A stretch of DNA of 64,000 bases from a virus. The stretch spans positions 61,942 through 125,941 of IMG/VR virus record IMGVR_UViG_3300028197_001221; one strand, given 5' to 3'. The position numbers and the translations under genes were made by a program. Shown here in pieces: positions 1-9,566 of the stretch (positions are counted from its first letter, which is position 1; each line of letters starts with the position of its first letter). Under the pieces are notes generated by a model. It had not been told where the DNA came from and ran no database searches. It worked only from the letters and a program-made list of their open reading frames with translations.

Positions 1-3000
1 GATCAATTCTACTCTTGAAGTCACCCGCCCCAATACCACTTTGAGAGCCGACACCCTTAATGCCTTCAACTCCCACATTAGATCTCTTTAACAATTGTTG
101 TTGTTGAACTTCTGGTGTAAATGACGCACCACCAAACTCAGATTGTATTTTTAAAGCTTCTGTTTCTAAATCAATAGATCTTTGTTTTGTTTCAATTAAT
201 TTCTTCTCTAAATCAAGTCTTGCTTTAGTAAAGGTTAGTAATTTCTTTTGTGCTTCAGCCTGAGCCTTAAGTGCTGGCAACACTTGTTTCATAGCATTGT
301 CGCCCACCTTTTGGATAACTTCTTCAAAAGCAGAGAAGTCGCCTTCAGACACACGTTTCATTTGGCCGTCACTTATATCGCTACCTTCAATTTGTTTCTT
401 CAGACGTTCTACAGATTTCTCGTCAACCCCTTGCTTTGTAAGTTCATCACCTGTCGCTTTTGCAAATGCCGATCTACGCTCGCCCATCGTTCCAGCGGCT
501 TGTCTTCCTGACTTAAACGCTTCCTTCATAGATTTTTTAGTAGCCTCAAATATAGCAGGCATATTTGCTTGTGCAGCATTTACAGCTGTTAAATTTCCTC
601 TAAATTTATCTATCTGTTCACTATTAGCTCCTAAGTTTTCAAGAGTTTTACTGGCATTGTCTAGAGAAGAATTGAATTGATCTGGTGATATACCTTGAGC
701 AGCAGAAGTAATACTAGCTTCTAGTGTTGGAATAGTACTATCTAAAGTATTACTACCAAGCTCTTGGCTTCTGGTATAATTGTCAATAGCAAGAACACCA
801 GCATTAGCAGCAGCTGTAGCAGATTGCATCGCAAGGTTCATAGCAGCAAATGATTCTCGTACTCTGTCTGCTTCTTTTTTAAGATTTGCAAAAGCTTCTT
901 CTTGTATAGAGGGTAGGGCTTTACCGTCTTCATCTTCTCTCGCTTCAAACTGTCCTTGACGCTCCATAGTCTCTCGTGTATCTTTAGACAAGCTATTTTT
1001 ATACTGCTCAAAAGAACCATTAGTATTAGCAGTTTGCCTCATCACGTTGTCAGCAAGAGGCTGTGCGCTTCTAAGGAAATCTTTGTCCACCTTGTCTTGA
1101 TCTGCTTTAATTGCTTCCTGATCTTTTGACAGTCTTTCGTTTCTTTGCCCGCCGGACTCCATACCCATCATACCAGCAACGCCAAATGTAGCAACGCGAG
1201 CAAAGCCTCTTCCAAATCCACTTGCAGGTCCAGACTTATCATTCTCTTCTATACTTTTTACTCTGGCTGAAGACCTATCTGCACTTGCTTGCACTGTTGC
1301 TGCGTCTGGGTCAAGTCTTTTCAGTGCATCTATAGCTGAAAGATTACCCTCTTTAAATTGTCGCATAGCTGCGGTAGCTTCTTTATTTGCATTAGTCAAA
1401 GCTTCTTGTGTTTTTACAGCCTGCGCCCTAGCTCCAGCTTCTAGTTTAATCGTAGTAATACTCTTACCACCCATCCAGTAACCTAGACTCATAGCGGTGG
1501 TTTTAATCATAGGTCCAAGAATAGGAAGCTCACTTCCCAATTTAATTGCAGCTGCCGTTAACCCAGCGAATATAGGGCCAATGCCGGGAATGAATGAGCC
1601 TATAGCAGCAAAACCAATAGCTAGCTTATTAACAGCAGAAGCACCTTCTTTTTCAAAGGCTATAGATTCTGCCGCAGCAGCATTACCGTCTTTAATTGCG
1701 TTGTCAAGCTTTGTAGCCCTATCAGTTAAACTGTCTATAACAGCAGTCAAGGCAAAAATTGAACCAGTAGCTACAATAGCAGGACCAGCCATGCTAGCAA
1801 CAGCTCTAGTTGCAACAACTACACCCTCTGCATTTGCTGCGCCCAGACCAGCTTTTGTACCAACAGCGCGAGCAGCAGTTCCAGCGCGATTAACAAGTTT
1901 ACCACCACCGCCAAGAAACTTACCCATATCTTTAAGATTTAATCCCTTAAACATATCAGCAATAATATTGCCCTTCATCTGGGTTTGCATCAAGGAGAAT
2001 GTGCCTGATAGTGCTAGAGATACGTTTGCTAATTGAGAGAAAGAGCTAATCATGTTAGCGCCAAATCGTTCAAGCGAAGAACTGTTCTCATCAATAACGG
2101 GAGTCATGAAGCTCAGGGCCATACTTGTGGCAATCAAGCCTTCGTTCATAGCACCAAAACCCATAAGACCTTTCTTCCTAACATCAGTATTGTCTTTAAC
2201 GGTCTTGGTTCCCTCGTTAACCGCCTCATTCCAAGATTCAATAGTTGTTGTTATCTGAGTAGAAGCCCCGCTAGGACCACTACTGACAGCTCCAGAGAAA
2301 GTAGCGGGTTTGCTAGCAGTTTTAGGTCCGTAAGTATTTCTGCGAGAAGTAACAATACCACCAGCAGCATACTTGCCAACCTTATTCATTTGATTAAGAT
2401 TGTCATAGCCAATACTTTGTGAAGTTTTCTTGTTTACTACAAACTCGCCGGGAGTCAGCATTGCGGGAACTGTATCTGTTCCAGTGGCAGCACCTCCAGA
2501 AGCAAACTTTTGGAAAGTATATCCCGATTGATCGTTGGCATTAATATCATTTACTATTTTTTTAACAATACTTGCTATAGACTTTGGTGTATTACTTCTT
2601 TTTGCATCTGCTTTTAACATTCCACTAAAAGCAGAAGAATCAGACGCAAACATCTTGGATAAACCTTCTTTCTTAGCCATCAAGTCGCCCTTGAAATCCC
2701 ATCTGGATTTATCCCCTTGGAGTTTAGCTCCAGTAATTGCGTCAATAATACCTTCAAATACAAAACCACTAGTAGTAGCTAATGCGTTAGCGTCTTGAGA
2801 AATTCGATCAGCAGCAGCTTTAAGCATACCATCATTCAAATCAAATTCTGGTCTAACGTTATCAAGAGTTTTATTAACATCTATGGCGGCAGCATTAGTG
2901 GCTGATTTTAACGCTACGCTAGTTTGTTCATTCACCATACTAGCAACGCTTGAATTAATACTTCCAGAAGCTCCGGGGAAGAAACCTGCAATGGAGCCAC

Positions 3001-4918
3001 TGATAGGTATAGTTCTTGCCATTCCTGTATTTTTAATTTTGCTAACCTTGTCTTTACTGTTTGCATAGTCTCTGTCAAAATTTTGAACAGCTGTTTGATC
3101 AGTTTTCTTAGTAGACGCTCTTGTCTCAGCAAGAAATTTCTTTTGATCTGCAACAGTCCCTTTTTGAGACATATCATGTAAGAACTTATTAGTTTTTGTT
3201 CTTCCTAGCATCTTAGATTTTTGTGTTGGACTACTAGCAAAAAAGAAATCCTCGTCAGTTCCGCGATCAGGAGTTTGATATCCTAATTTTTTCAAAACAT
3301 TAAGATTAGTTATTTCTCCTTTGCCTGATATTCCAATTGTCCTGTCTATACCTTGTGATGGTTGTAGGAAAAATCCACCAACTTGATTTGGGTCAACAAC
3401 AATACCACCTTTAGCGTATTTATTGCTATTCATCGCCGCCAAATTAGAAGCGCCCAATTTTCCAACACTACTCTTTTTAATAACAAACTCACCGGGAGTT
3501 AACATGGCTGGAACTGTGTCTGTATTACCAGAGCCGGGAACTATACCTCCACTGTTGAAACCACGAATAGCACCACCGCCTCCACCACCTCCACCGCCCA
3601 TTACTCCACCTAAAAATCCACTAAGACCTTTAGCTAGTCTAATTGTAGCAAGTGTAGCAAGTATGGGAAGAAGTGGCTTGACAGCTTCTGCTATCTTAAT
3701 CATAGCACTAGCTAGGTTTAAAGCAGAGTTAGCCATAGTTTGGAATGTGCTGGTTTCGCTAATACCTCTGATAAGCGCTAAGAACTCTTCTTTAACTTTT
3801 ACAATTCTAACTGCTAACGAAGCTTGAGCTTTCGCAGCATCACCAGCTAAAGAATTAGATCCTTCTTGTGCAACCTTAAGAGCTTCTTGTGCAACGGCGT
3901 ATTCTTTGATCAAAGGCAGGACTTTACCAATCTGCCTAAATCCACCCAACTGTTCAGCAATTTCAACAAACGTAATATCACCTTCTTGAAGCCCAGCTAA
4001 AGCTCTATTAAGTTCTCCAACAGCTCTATATGGGCCAATAAATTTACCTTCTAAATCAACAAGTTCAACGCCAAACTTTTTTAAGTATTCTATTGTTTGA
4101 GGTCTTTGAATACGAGTAAATATAGTACGTAAACCAGTAGCAATACTTTCAGCAGATTCTCTAGTAGTTGATCTAACACTTGTGAACAGCGCGATAAGTT
4201 CATTGAGATCACCGCCAGCCTGTTTAAACACACCACCAGTTCTACGAATAGTAGCGATCAAGTCACCAGACTCAACAGCAAACTGACCAGCGACAGCATT
4301 CAAAGAACCAAGCTGGCCTTCTAATGCTCCAGCTCCTTTTTTAAACTGATTGAAGATAGCAACAGCGCCTTCAGCAGTTTGTGTAATGTTGTCAAAGGTA
4401 GGAGCAAGTTCTGATTTTGCAAGAGCATCTAGTGCGATTTTAGTTTCTCTAGCACTTAAACCAGCCTGAGAGAGTATTCTACTGACACCCAAGATAGACT
4501 CAGACGCAACGCCAAAGCTTGTAGAAAGCCTAGTAATCTCTTGCGTAAGACCTTTTAGATCTTGCATAGACTTTCCAGTAACCTGAGAAATTTTAATAAG
4601 TTCTCGTTCAAAGTCTATAGCAGACCTAACCGCATTACCAAGAGTGTTAGTGAATAAGCTAACAGCCCTAGTAGCCACAGCTAAAGCTGTAAATCTTCTT
4701 AAAGAAACATTAAAACTATTACCTAGTTTTTGAGCTGACTTATCAGCATCAGTTAATGCGCTAGAAAGATTGTTGACTTGTTGCTGTGCCTTTGCCGCAG
4801 TCTGTGCCTGTATATTTACATTAACTCCCTTTAGTTGGCTTTGTATTTGATTTACAACTTGACCAACGTTATTTGGAGCTTGTAATTGCAGTTGTGCAGT
4901 TAGTACAAATTTTGACAT
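1..4918 (-). CDS. Tail tape measure protein (TP901-like N-terminus), truncated at the window edge; carries an internal nuclease-like cargo domain
   Basis: Missing from the ORF track, consistent with no stop inside the window. ATG at 4918 gives MSKFVLTAQLQLQAP...AIDFERELIKISQVTG...LSQAGLSA...RESAESIATGLRTIFTRI. Frame open wherever spot-checked, including position 1 (>1600 aa). Ala/Gly-rich helical composition, downstream of tail tube and chaperone genes. Confidence 0.93.
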   Translation of the reverse strand, partial: MSKFVLTAQLQLQAPNNVGQVVNQIQSQLKGVNVNIQAQTAAKAQQQVNNLSSALTDADKSAQKLGNSFNVSLRRFTALAVATRAVSLFTNTLGNAVRSAIDFERELIKISQVTGKSMQDLKGLTQEITRLSTSFGVASESILGVSRILSQAGLSARETKIALDALAKSELAPTFDNITQTAEGAVAIFNQFKKGAGALEGQLGSLNAVAGQFAVESGDLIATIRRTGGVFKQAGGDLNELIALFTSVRSTTRESAESIATGLRTIFTRIQRPQTIEYLKKFGVELVDLEGKFIGPYRAVGELNRALAGLQEGDITFVEIAEQLGGFRQIGKVLPLIKEYAVAQEALKVAQEGSNSLAGDAAKAQASLAVRIVKVKEEFLALIRGISETSTFQTMANSALNLASAMIKIAEAVKPLLPILATLATIRLAKGLSGFLGGVMGGGGGGGGGAIRGFNSGGIVPGSGNTDTVPAMLTPGEFVIKKSSVGKLGASNLAAMNSNKYAKGGIVVDPNQVGGFFLQPSQGIDRTIGISGKGEITNLNVLKKLGYQTPDRGTDEDFFFASSPTQKSKMLGRTKTNKFLHDMSQKGTVADQKKFLAETRASTKKTDQTAVQNFDRDYANSKDKVSKIKNTGMARTIPISGSIAGFFPGASGSINSSVASMVNEQTSVALKSATNAAAIDVNKTLDNVRPEFDLNDGMLKAAADRISQDANALATTSGFVFEGIIDAITGAKLQGDKSRWDFKGDLMAKKEGLSKMFASDSSAFSGMLKADAKRSNTPKSIASIVKKIVNDINANDQSGYTFQKFASGGAATGTDTVPAMLTPGEFVVNKKTSQSIGYDNLNQMNKVGKYAAGGIVTSRRNTYGPKTASKPATFSGAVSSGPSGASTQITTTIESWNEAVNEGTKTVKDNTDVRKKGLMGFGAMNEGLIATSMALSFMTPVIDENSSSLERFGANMISSFSQLANVSLALSGTFSLMQTQMKGNIIADMFKGLNLKDMGKFLGGGGKLVNRAGTAARAVGTKAGLGAANAEGVVVATRAVASMAGPAIVATGSIFALTAVIDSLTDRATKLDNAIKDGNAAAAESIAFEKEGASAVNKLAIGFAAIGSFIPGIGPIFAGLTAAAIKLGSELPILGPMIKTTAMSLGYWMGGKSITTIKLEAGARAQAVKTQEALTNANKEATAAMRQFKEGNLSAIDALKRLDPDAATVQASADRSSARVKSIEENDKSGPASGFGRGFARVATFGVAGMMGMESGGQRNERLSKDQEAIKADQDKVDKDFLRSAQPLADNVMRQTANTNGSFEQYKNSLSKDTRETMERQGQFEAREDEDGKALPSIQEEAFANLKKEADRVRESFAAMNLAMQSATAAANAGVLAIDNYTRSQELGSNTLDSTIPTLEASITSAAQGISPDQFNSSLDNASKTLENLGANSEQIDKFRGNLTAVNAAQANMPAIFEATKKSMKEAFKSGRQAAGTMGERRSAFAKATGDELTKQGVDEKSVERLKKQIEGSDISDGQMKRVSEGDFSAFEEVIQKVGDNAMKQVLPALKAQAEAQKKLLTFTKARLDLEKKLIETKQRSIDLETEALKIQSEFGGASFTPEVQQQQLLKRSNVGVEGIKGVGSQSGIGAGDFKSRID

Positions 4919-4948
4919 ATGTTAAACTCACTAGCCACACTCTATCCG

Positions 4949-5842
4949 TTAGCTGTCCGCGCTTGCTTCTTTTTTCTTGGCTTTTGTTTTTCTTTTGGGC
5001 GTAACCTTCTCTTCTGTCTTTTTAACTTGCTTTCCAGTGTCGTCAACATACTTAAGGGGTGAAACATAATTTCCATCCTCATCAAGTTTATTTCCGTCTT
5101 TGTCTACCCTACCGCCATCGTTATCAACATACTGTCCCAAGCTGTTAATTCTGTTACCGTCTAAATCAACGGTCTCTCCCTTGTCATTAACAAGTGATAA
5201 TTCATCATTAACAAAATTAAACTCCTTTAAGAATTTATTTTCTGGAAGATTAGCTTCAAAATCTTTATCTATAGAATACATCATTTGAGCTAAAGCGTTA
5301 GCAGCAGCAAAAGCGATCTCACTATCAGACTGTGAAGTATAATCATCTAATGTTTTATACACCAATTCCCCATCAGCGTCATACGTGGAGTTAGCAACCA
5401 AAAAGTCAAAACGAGAGTTGTCTGAAAGCGAATCAGCAGTATTAGACTCTAGCGCCATTCTTTCAGAAATAAGCTCTCTTAGCTCTGATCTTTTCTGCCT
5501 CATCTCTATGGCTATGTCCTTAGCGTCAGAAGCTTTCATGGTTTTTTGAGAGTTCTTTCCAAGGTACAATTTTTTCTCTAGAGCTACAATGTCTTTAGTA
5601 ATTTGATCTTGCTCTGAGTCTTTCTGCTTATCCCAGATACCTTGCTGTCGCATAAACTTGGCAAGTTCTTTCTTAGTCATAATGCCGTCCCTGACACAAT
5701 CAGTCCAAGCCTTAGCTGCGACTCTTTGAGCTTTTGACATGAGATCACTAGGCGGTCTCTTAACAACAATCTTAACCGTCCTTTCTTCTCCTCCGTCTTC
5801 CTCAATTTTAACGTCTAGGTTTTTAGTTTTTTCCTTAATCAT
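4949..5842 (-). CDS. Hypothetical protein, probable tail assembly chaperone; C-terminal DxDG repeats
   Basis: 297-aa ORF directly upstream of the tape measure gene; helical and charged. Confidence 0.55.
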   Translation of the reverse strand: MIKEKTKNLDVKIEEDGGEERTVKIVVKRPPSDLMSKAQRVAAKAWTDCVRDGIMTKKELAKFMRQQGIWDKQKDSEQDQITKDIVALEKKLYLGKNSQKTMKASDAKDIAIEMRQKRSELRELISERMALESNTADSLSDNSRFDFLVANSTYDADGELVYKTLDDYTSQSDSEIAFAAANALAQMMYSIDKDFEANLPENKFLKEFNFVNDELSLVNDKGETVDLDGNRINSLGQYVDNDGGRVDKDGNKLDEDGNYVSPLKYVDDTGKQVKKTEEKVTPKRKTKAKKKEASADS

Positions 5843-5845
5843 ATC

Positions 5846-6199
5846 CTACTCCTCTTTTTGTGTAACGGGCATTGTTATTTGATACTTTAACCACTTCACA
5901 TCATATTGAGACAACTCAGCATCAATATTTCTAGCTTGGTGATTACCTTTGTCTAAAATCTGTGATCTTACTTTATCATAAAGATCTTTCATCAACTGTT
6001 TTTGTTCTGCGGATTGATCGTCAGACTCCCAGAGGAAACCAAAGCTTTCCTCTATAGTACTCAAAGCCCCAATCATAGTCGTCTGTATTTTCTTTTTAAG
6101 AATTTTAGAAAGTCTATCTTTAGAACCTTGGGCATATTTATCGTCCCTGTTCTTTTTATAGCTTTCTCTGTTTCTTCTCATTTCCTCGAAATTTTCCAT
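5846..6199 (-). CDS. Hypothetical protein (tail assembly region)
   Basis: 117-aa ORF, tightly packed in the operon. Confidence 0.7.
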   Translation of the reverse strand: MENFEEMRRNRESYKKNRDDKYAQGSKDRLSKILKKKIQTTMIGALSTIEESFGFLWESDDQSAEQKQLMKDLYDKVRSQILDKGNHQARNIDAELSQYDVKWLKYQITMPVTQKEE

Positions 6200-6203
6200 A
6201 ATA

Positions 6204-7229
6204 CTATTTCCTTTTCTTCATTTCTTCATACATCTGTTTAGTGAGATCTCTCTGCACATCTGGAAGTTTTATTCTATCTACAGCTCCTTCTTTTGCTACA
6301 TAAGACAACCTTTCGTCTCGTATGTAAGCGCTTTGTTCATCATTCATATTAGTGATAGATTTAACCTTTTCTTTATCTGTGGGGTTTGCCATTACAAACA
6401 CTTCATCTTTTCCAGCATTAGAGCCAAGCGTTGAATCTACATCCTTTTCTTTTTTATCTTTTTCTCGTTTTTTAGTTTGTACTATAAACCAACCGTCTAA
6501 CATGTCATCGTCTTTTATAACTTCTTCAGATGGAGCTTCCATATGTTCTTGTATGTTATCGTAAAGCTTAGACCATATAACCAAATTCTTTTGGCTAAAG
6601 GTTAATTCTTTAAAGCCGTCTTGTATAAATAATGGGCAACTTGAAACATCTCTATTTGACCAAATGGTTTTCCAAGGCTCATTTCTCGCCAAGTCTCTTA
6701 TTTCAGATTCTTGTAAATTAAGATCTGACCAATAACCAATAGCATCGTTAAGAGAGTATTCTTCAAAATTGTAAAGATGATTATCTTTATACGTGGTCTG
6801 ACTAATTAGATAGGATGTCTTTTCTAGTCCTGATAATCCTTCACAAGTATTTGTAAAATAACTAGTTTTAGTTGCGTTTTTACTGCCTAAAAGTTGTTTA
6901 GTAACTTGTAATATTTTTTTAAGACGACGTACTTCTTTTTTATCATAACGATTATTATAGATGTCTACTTTTGACTGATCTATTGCTTCTCTGAGTTTCT
7001 TTACCTCATCGTCGTCTGTTTTATGCCATAAGCCCTCCGATTTCATCCATCCTATCATATCCCTTTCAGTCATAACGCCTTGTGATTTTAATTCATCAAA
7101 GCTTTCTTTATATACTGTAGCCGCTTCTAAACATTGTTCTATAGTTGGTGGTATTATCTTTAAACCATTTTTAACAATTATACCAGAACGTATAGTATAA
7201 ATTAAAAGCTCCCGCATATGTTGTTCCAT
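6204..7229 (-). CDS. Hypothetical protein, possible tail assembly chaperone
   Basis: 341-aa charged helical ORF between tail tube and tape measure genes; GAGG ribosome-binding site. Confidence 0.6.
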   Translation of the reverse strand: MEQHMRELLIYTIRSGIIVKNGLKIIPPTIEQCLEAATVYKESFDELKSQGVMTERDMIGWMKSEGLWHKTDDDEVKKLREAIDQSKVDIYNNRYDKKEVRRLKKILQVTKQLLGSKNATKTSYFTNTCEGLSGLEKTSYLISQTTYKDNHLYNFEEYSLNDAIGYWSDLNLQESEIRDLARNEPWKTIWSNRDVSSCPLFIQDGFKELTFSQKNLVIWSKLYDNIQEHMEAPSEEVIKDDDMLDGWFIVQTKKREKDKKEKDVDSTLGSNAGKDEVFVMANPTDKEKVKSITNMNDEQSAYIRDERLSYVAKEGAVDRIKLPDVQRDLTKQMYEEMKKRK

Positions 7230-7254
7230 AACAAAACCTCATTTACGGGAGCTT
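7206..7254 (-). promoter_or_regulatory. mRNA hairpin enclosing the RBS and AUG of the 6204..7229 gene
   Basis: AAGCUCCCGUAAAUG pairs with CAUAUGCGGGAGCUU (14 of 15 pairs, one G-U), with an inner UUGUU-AUGG-AACAA stem. Confidence 0.7.
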
Positions 7255-7300
7255 CATAGAGTTGTTTCCTTTATCGTCCTGAATATTACTTATTCAGAAA

Positions 7301-7612
7301 CTATTCATCTTGTACATCAAGATTGTTAGCAACAAAGTCCAGATCAAAAGAGAACGTGTAGGTTCTTTTTAGGACATTGTTTGAAAGTGTTTGAGTTTGC
7401 GCGCTGCTTACTTTAGCAGAATCGCCGCTACCAATAACCTTATTGAAGTGATCACAAAGATTAAAAATAATCTCCGAGCCGTCACCTGCCGTTACATCAG
7501 CTGATACCAAACCCGTATTATCTACAAGTACAGCACTAAGAGTGCTGCCCGCAGTAGATTGATTAAAAACGCCGCTGCCACCAGATGCGCCAAATGCTTC
7601 GATTACTGACAT
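7301..7612 (-). CDS. Small virion/tail protein
   Basis: 103 aa, strong AAGGAG RBS, follows the tail tube gene. Confidence 0.7.
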   Translation of the reverse strand: MSVIEAFGASGGSGVFNQSTAGSTLSAVLVDNTGLVSADVTAGDGSEIIFNLCDHFNKVIGSGDSAKVSSAQTQTLSNNVLKRTYTFSFDLDFVANNLDVQDE

Positions 7613-7643
7613 GTTTAATTCTCCTTATTTATTTTTTAGCTTA

Positions 7644-8555
7644 TTAAGCGTAGACAAAATTATTGTATCCTGTATATGAATAGGAAACTGTAGCGTTTCC
7701 ACCAGAAGCGTCACCGCCACTGTAATTCATGCCAGTACATCGACCAGAAATACCAACGTTACCAGTGCTACCACCAGCGGTATATGAGATTTTAATGGAT
7801 GAATCAGCAGACTGAACATCAGTAGTCTGACCATCAGTGAAATTCAAACCTCCGTGATTAAGATTAGCTGAAACAGCGTTATAACTAACTTCTGCGCTAC
7901 ACTCAACTGGAAAGCTAGCTGCTCTAAAGTAAGGAGTCTTACTGCCAAACTCTAGCAAATCTTCTCTACCAAAGTCGATGCTAACTGTAGCACTTTGTAC
8001 TTTACCTGATTGACCTGCAATACCAGCAGCACTTAGTGTTAAATTTTGCCTCTTAGCTACATTAGCAGTCCCCACAGCTGGACTCAAGGTAAGAGTCTCT
8101 GCTCCCCAAGTCTGATGATTACCAACAACAGTGATTGTATCACTAGATGTACCATCTGTAGAGAAGTTAGCACTGTAATTAGACATATAAACACCAGTGC
8201 ATTCTACACCAATGATTCCTCCGGTATTTGTGTGAACACTTTCCGAGTCGTCTACAACTGCAAGAGTGACTGATTTTCTAAGTGTTGCTACCTTTGTAAT
8301 GCTCTGGTTCGCACCAGCGAATAAACCATAAAGGTTTTCCGCACTATCAAAAACCCTCTCAATAGTAAGCTCAACCTCTGGTGTACCTTCGATATTCTCA
8401 TAAATTTCAATCTGACCAAGCTGGAAAACCTGTTCTAGACCAAACGTGGAATTCACGCCAACGGACTGAACGCCGGTTAGGGCTGCGGAAGCATCACCCT
8501 TCTCCGGCCCGAAGCCTACTGCTTGGCAAGCGTAAAATATTCTATTTGTTGCCAT
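7644..8555 (-). CDS. Major tail (tube) protein
   Basis: 303 aa, beta-rich small-residue composition (GVQSVG, FQLGQIEIYENIEGTPEVELTIER), strong AGGAG RBS, own late promoter, canonical position. Confidence 0.75.
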   Translation of the reverse strand: MATNRIFYACQAVGFGPEKGDASAALTGVQSVGVNSTFGLEQVFQLGQIEIYENIEGTPEVELTIERVFDSAENLYGLFAGANQSITKVATLRKSVTLAVVDDSESVHTNTGGIIGVECTGVYMSNYSANFSTDGTSSDTITVVGNHQTWGAETLTLSPAVGTANVAKRQNLTLSAAGIAGQSGKVQSATVSIDFGREDLLEFGSKTPYFRAASFPVECSAEVSYNAVSANLNHGGLNFTDGQTTDVQSADSSIKISYTAGGSTGNVGISGRCTGMNYSGGDASGGNATVSYSYTGYNNFVYA

Positions 8556-8595
8556 TATTTTTTCTCCTGTTATGATAAAGGAAACTCTAAATACA

Positions 8596-8602
8596 TATAC
8601 AC
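8596..8602 (-). promoter_or_regulatory. Putative phage late promoter GTGTATA
   Basis: Intergenic TTTTT-GTGTATA-TGTAT upstream of the tail tube gene; motif recurs at 7 gene boundaries. Confidence 0.7.
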
Positions 8603-8609
8603 AAAAACG

Positions 8610-9566
8610 CTAAATGTTTGTATTGATCGTCTCTAGCGTTGATCTGACGATTCCAGCATAAAAATTAGTGTTTATCAGCTCCATACCCTGCACATTTGAG
8701 TTCTTAAACATAGCAGTTTTTGAAGTCCCATAATCTTCTAATATATCAGGATATCTCAATGCTCCAGACACTGGAACACCTCGATAATCCATTGGAAAAG
8801 CGCCACTTTCCGCTAACGTGTCGTTATCAAACATTTGAAAAACCTTATCATTTTGGAAAGAAACTATGTCTACAAGGGTATTCCTCATAGTCTCAGTCTC
8901 TGCCAAACAGTGAAATAACACATCAGTCATAATCCATTGACCACCACCAAACTGGTAGGGGGTCATAGTTCGCCTAGGAACCACTTCTATAGCAATAGCG
9001 GGTAACTGCACCTTCATTTCAGAAGGAAGAGTAAAATCCGTATTGTCTATAGAATTGAGATCTAAGCTCCTATATTGTATCTCTCTTAACCAAGGTAAAG
9101 AATTAGCATATATAACATTTATATATTTATAACTATGTTCTGCCTGTACCTTACTATCCGTTGGTAAAGAGTTATCAAATACGACTCTACCATTAAAATA
9201 ATCTACATGATGAGCGTATGTACCAGTGGTGTCTGAGGGGTAAAATGTATCATTTACATAAACTCCAGAGATTCCCGGTATAGCATTGTCAGAGCCAACA
9301 AGTGGAGCTGGAGAATAATTTATCCCAGACTGCCAAACCCAGTTCTTTCTAAACCCCTCCCAAGCCCTGCCACTGGCATAGCTTTGAGTGTTGGATAAAG
9401 TAAGCTTGCTGTAATCTTGACCGTTAGAAGAAGTCTCTCCCAACTCAGCATTGAAGTAATTGCCCTTTTCTAACAAACCCCAATCAAAGAACTCTACTAA
9501 ATTATCTTGTAGTTCATTGTTTAGTGTCGTTTCAAAGACATTGTTAAATCCTTTTAAATAACTCAC
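8610..9566 (-). CDS. Probable tail terminator/neck protein
   Basis: 318 aa, QLPAIAIE motif, immediately upstream of the tail tube gene. Confidence 0.55.
   Translation of the reverse strand: MSYLKGFNNVFETTLNNELQDNLVEFFDWGLLEKGNYFNAELGETSSNGQDYSKLTLSNTQSYASGRAWEGFRKNWVWQSGINYSPAPLVGSDNAIPGISGVYVNDTFYPSDTTGTYAHHVDYFNGRVVFDNSLPTDSKVQAEHSYKYINVIYANSLPWLREIQYRSLDLNSIDNTDFTLPSEMKVQLPAIAIEVVPRRTMTPYQFGGGQWIMTDVLFHCLAETETMRNTLVDIVSFQNDKVFQMFDNDTLAESGAFPMDYRGVPVSGALRYPDILEDYGTSKTAMFKNSNVQGMELINTNFYAGIVRSTLETINTNI

Noticed and set aside
248-3827. Plus-strand ORFs such as 297..680, 1497..2036 and 3423..3827
   Set aside because: Antisense shadows of the tape measure gene, with no RBS or recognisable motifs. 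The same applies to other plus-strand ORFs across 1-60.7 kb.
5356-5362. GTGTATA inside a coding region upstream of the tape measure gene
   Set aside because: Intragenic and far from a start codon; a 7-mer like this is expected by chance in AT-rich DNA
4949-7229. Lambda G/GT-type programmed frameshift in the chaperone genes
   Set aside because: Each ORF has its own start and stop with short spacers, and I identified no convincing slippery site
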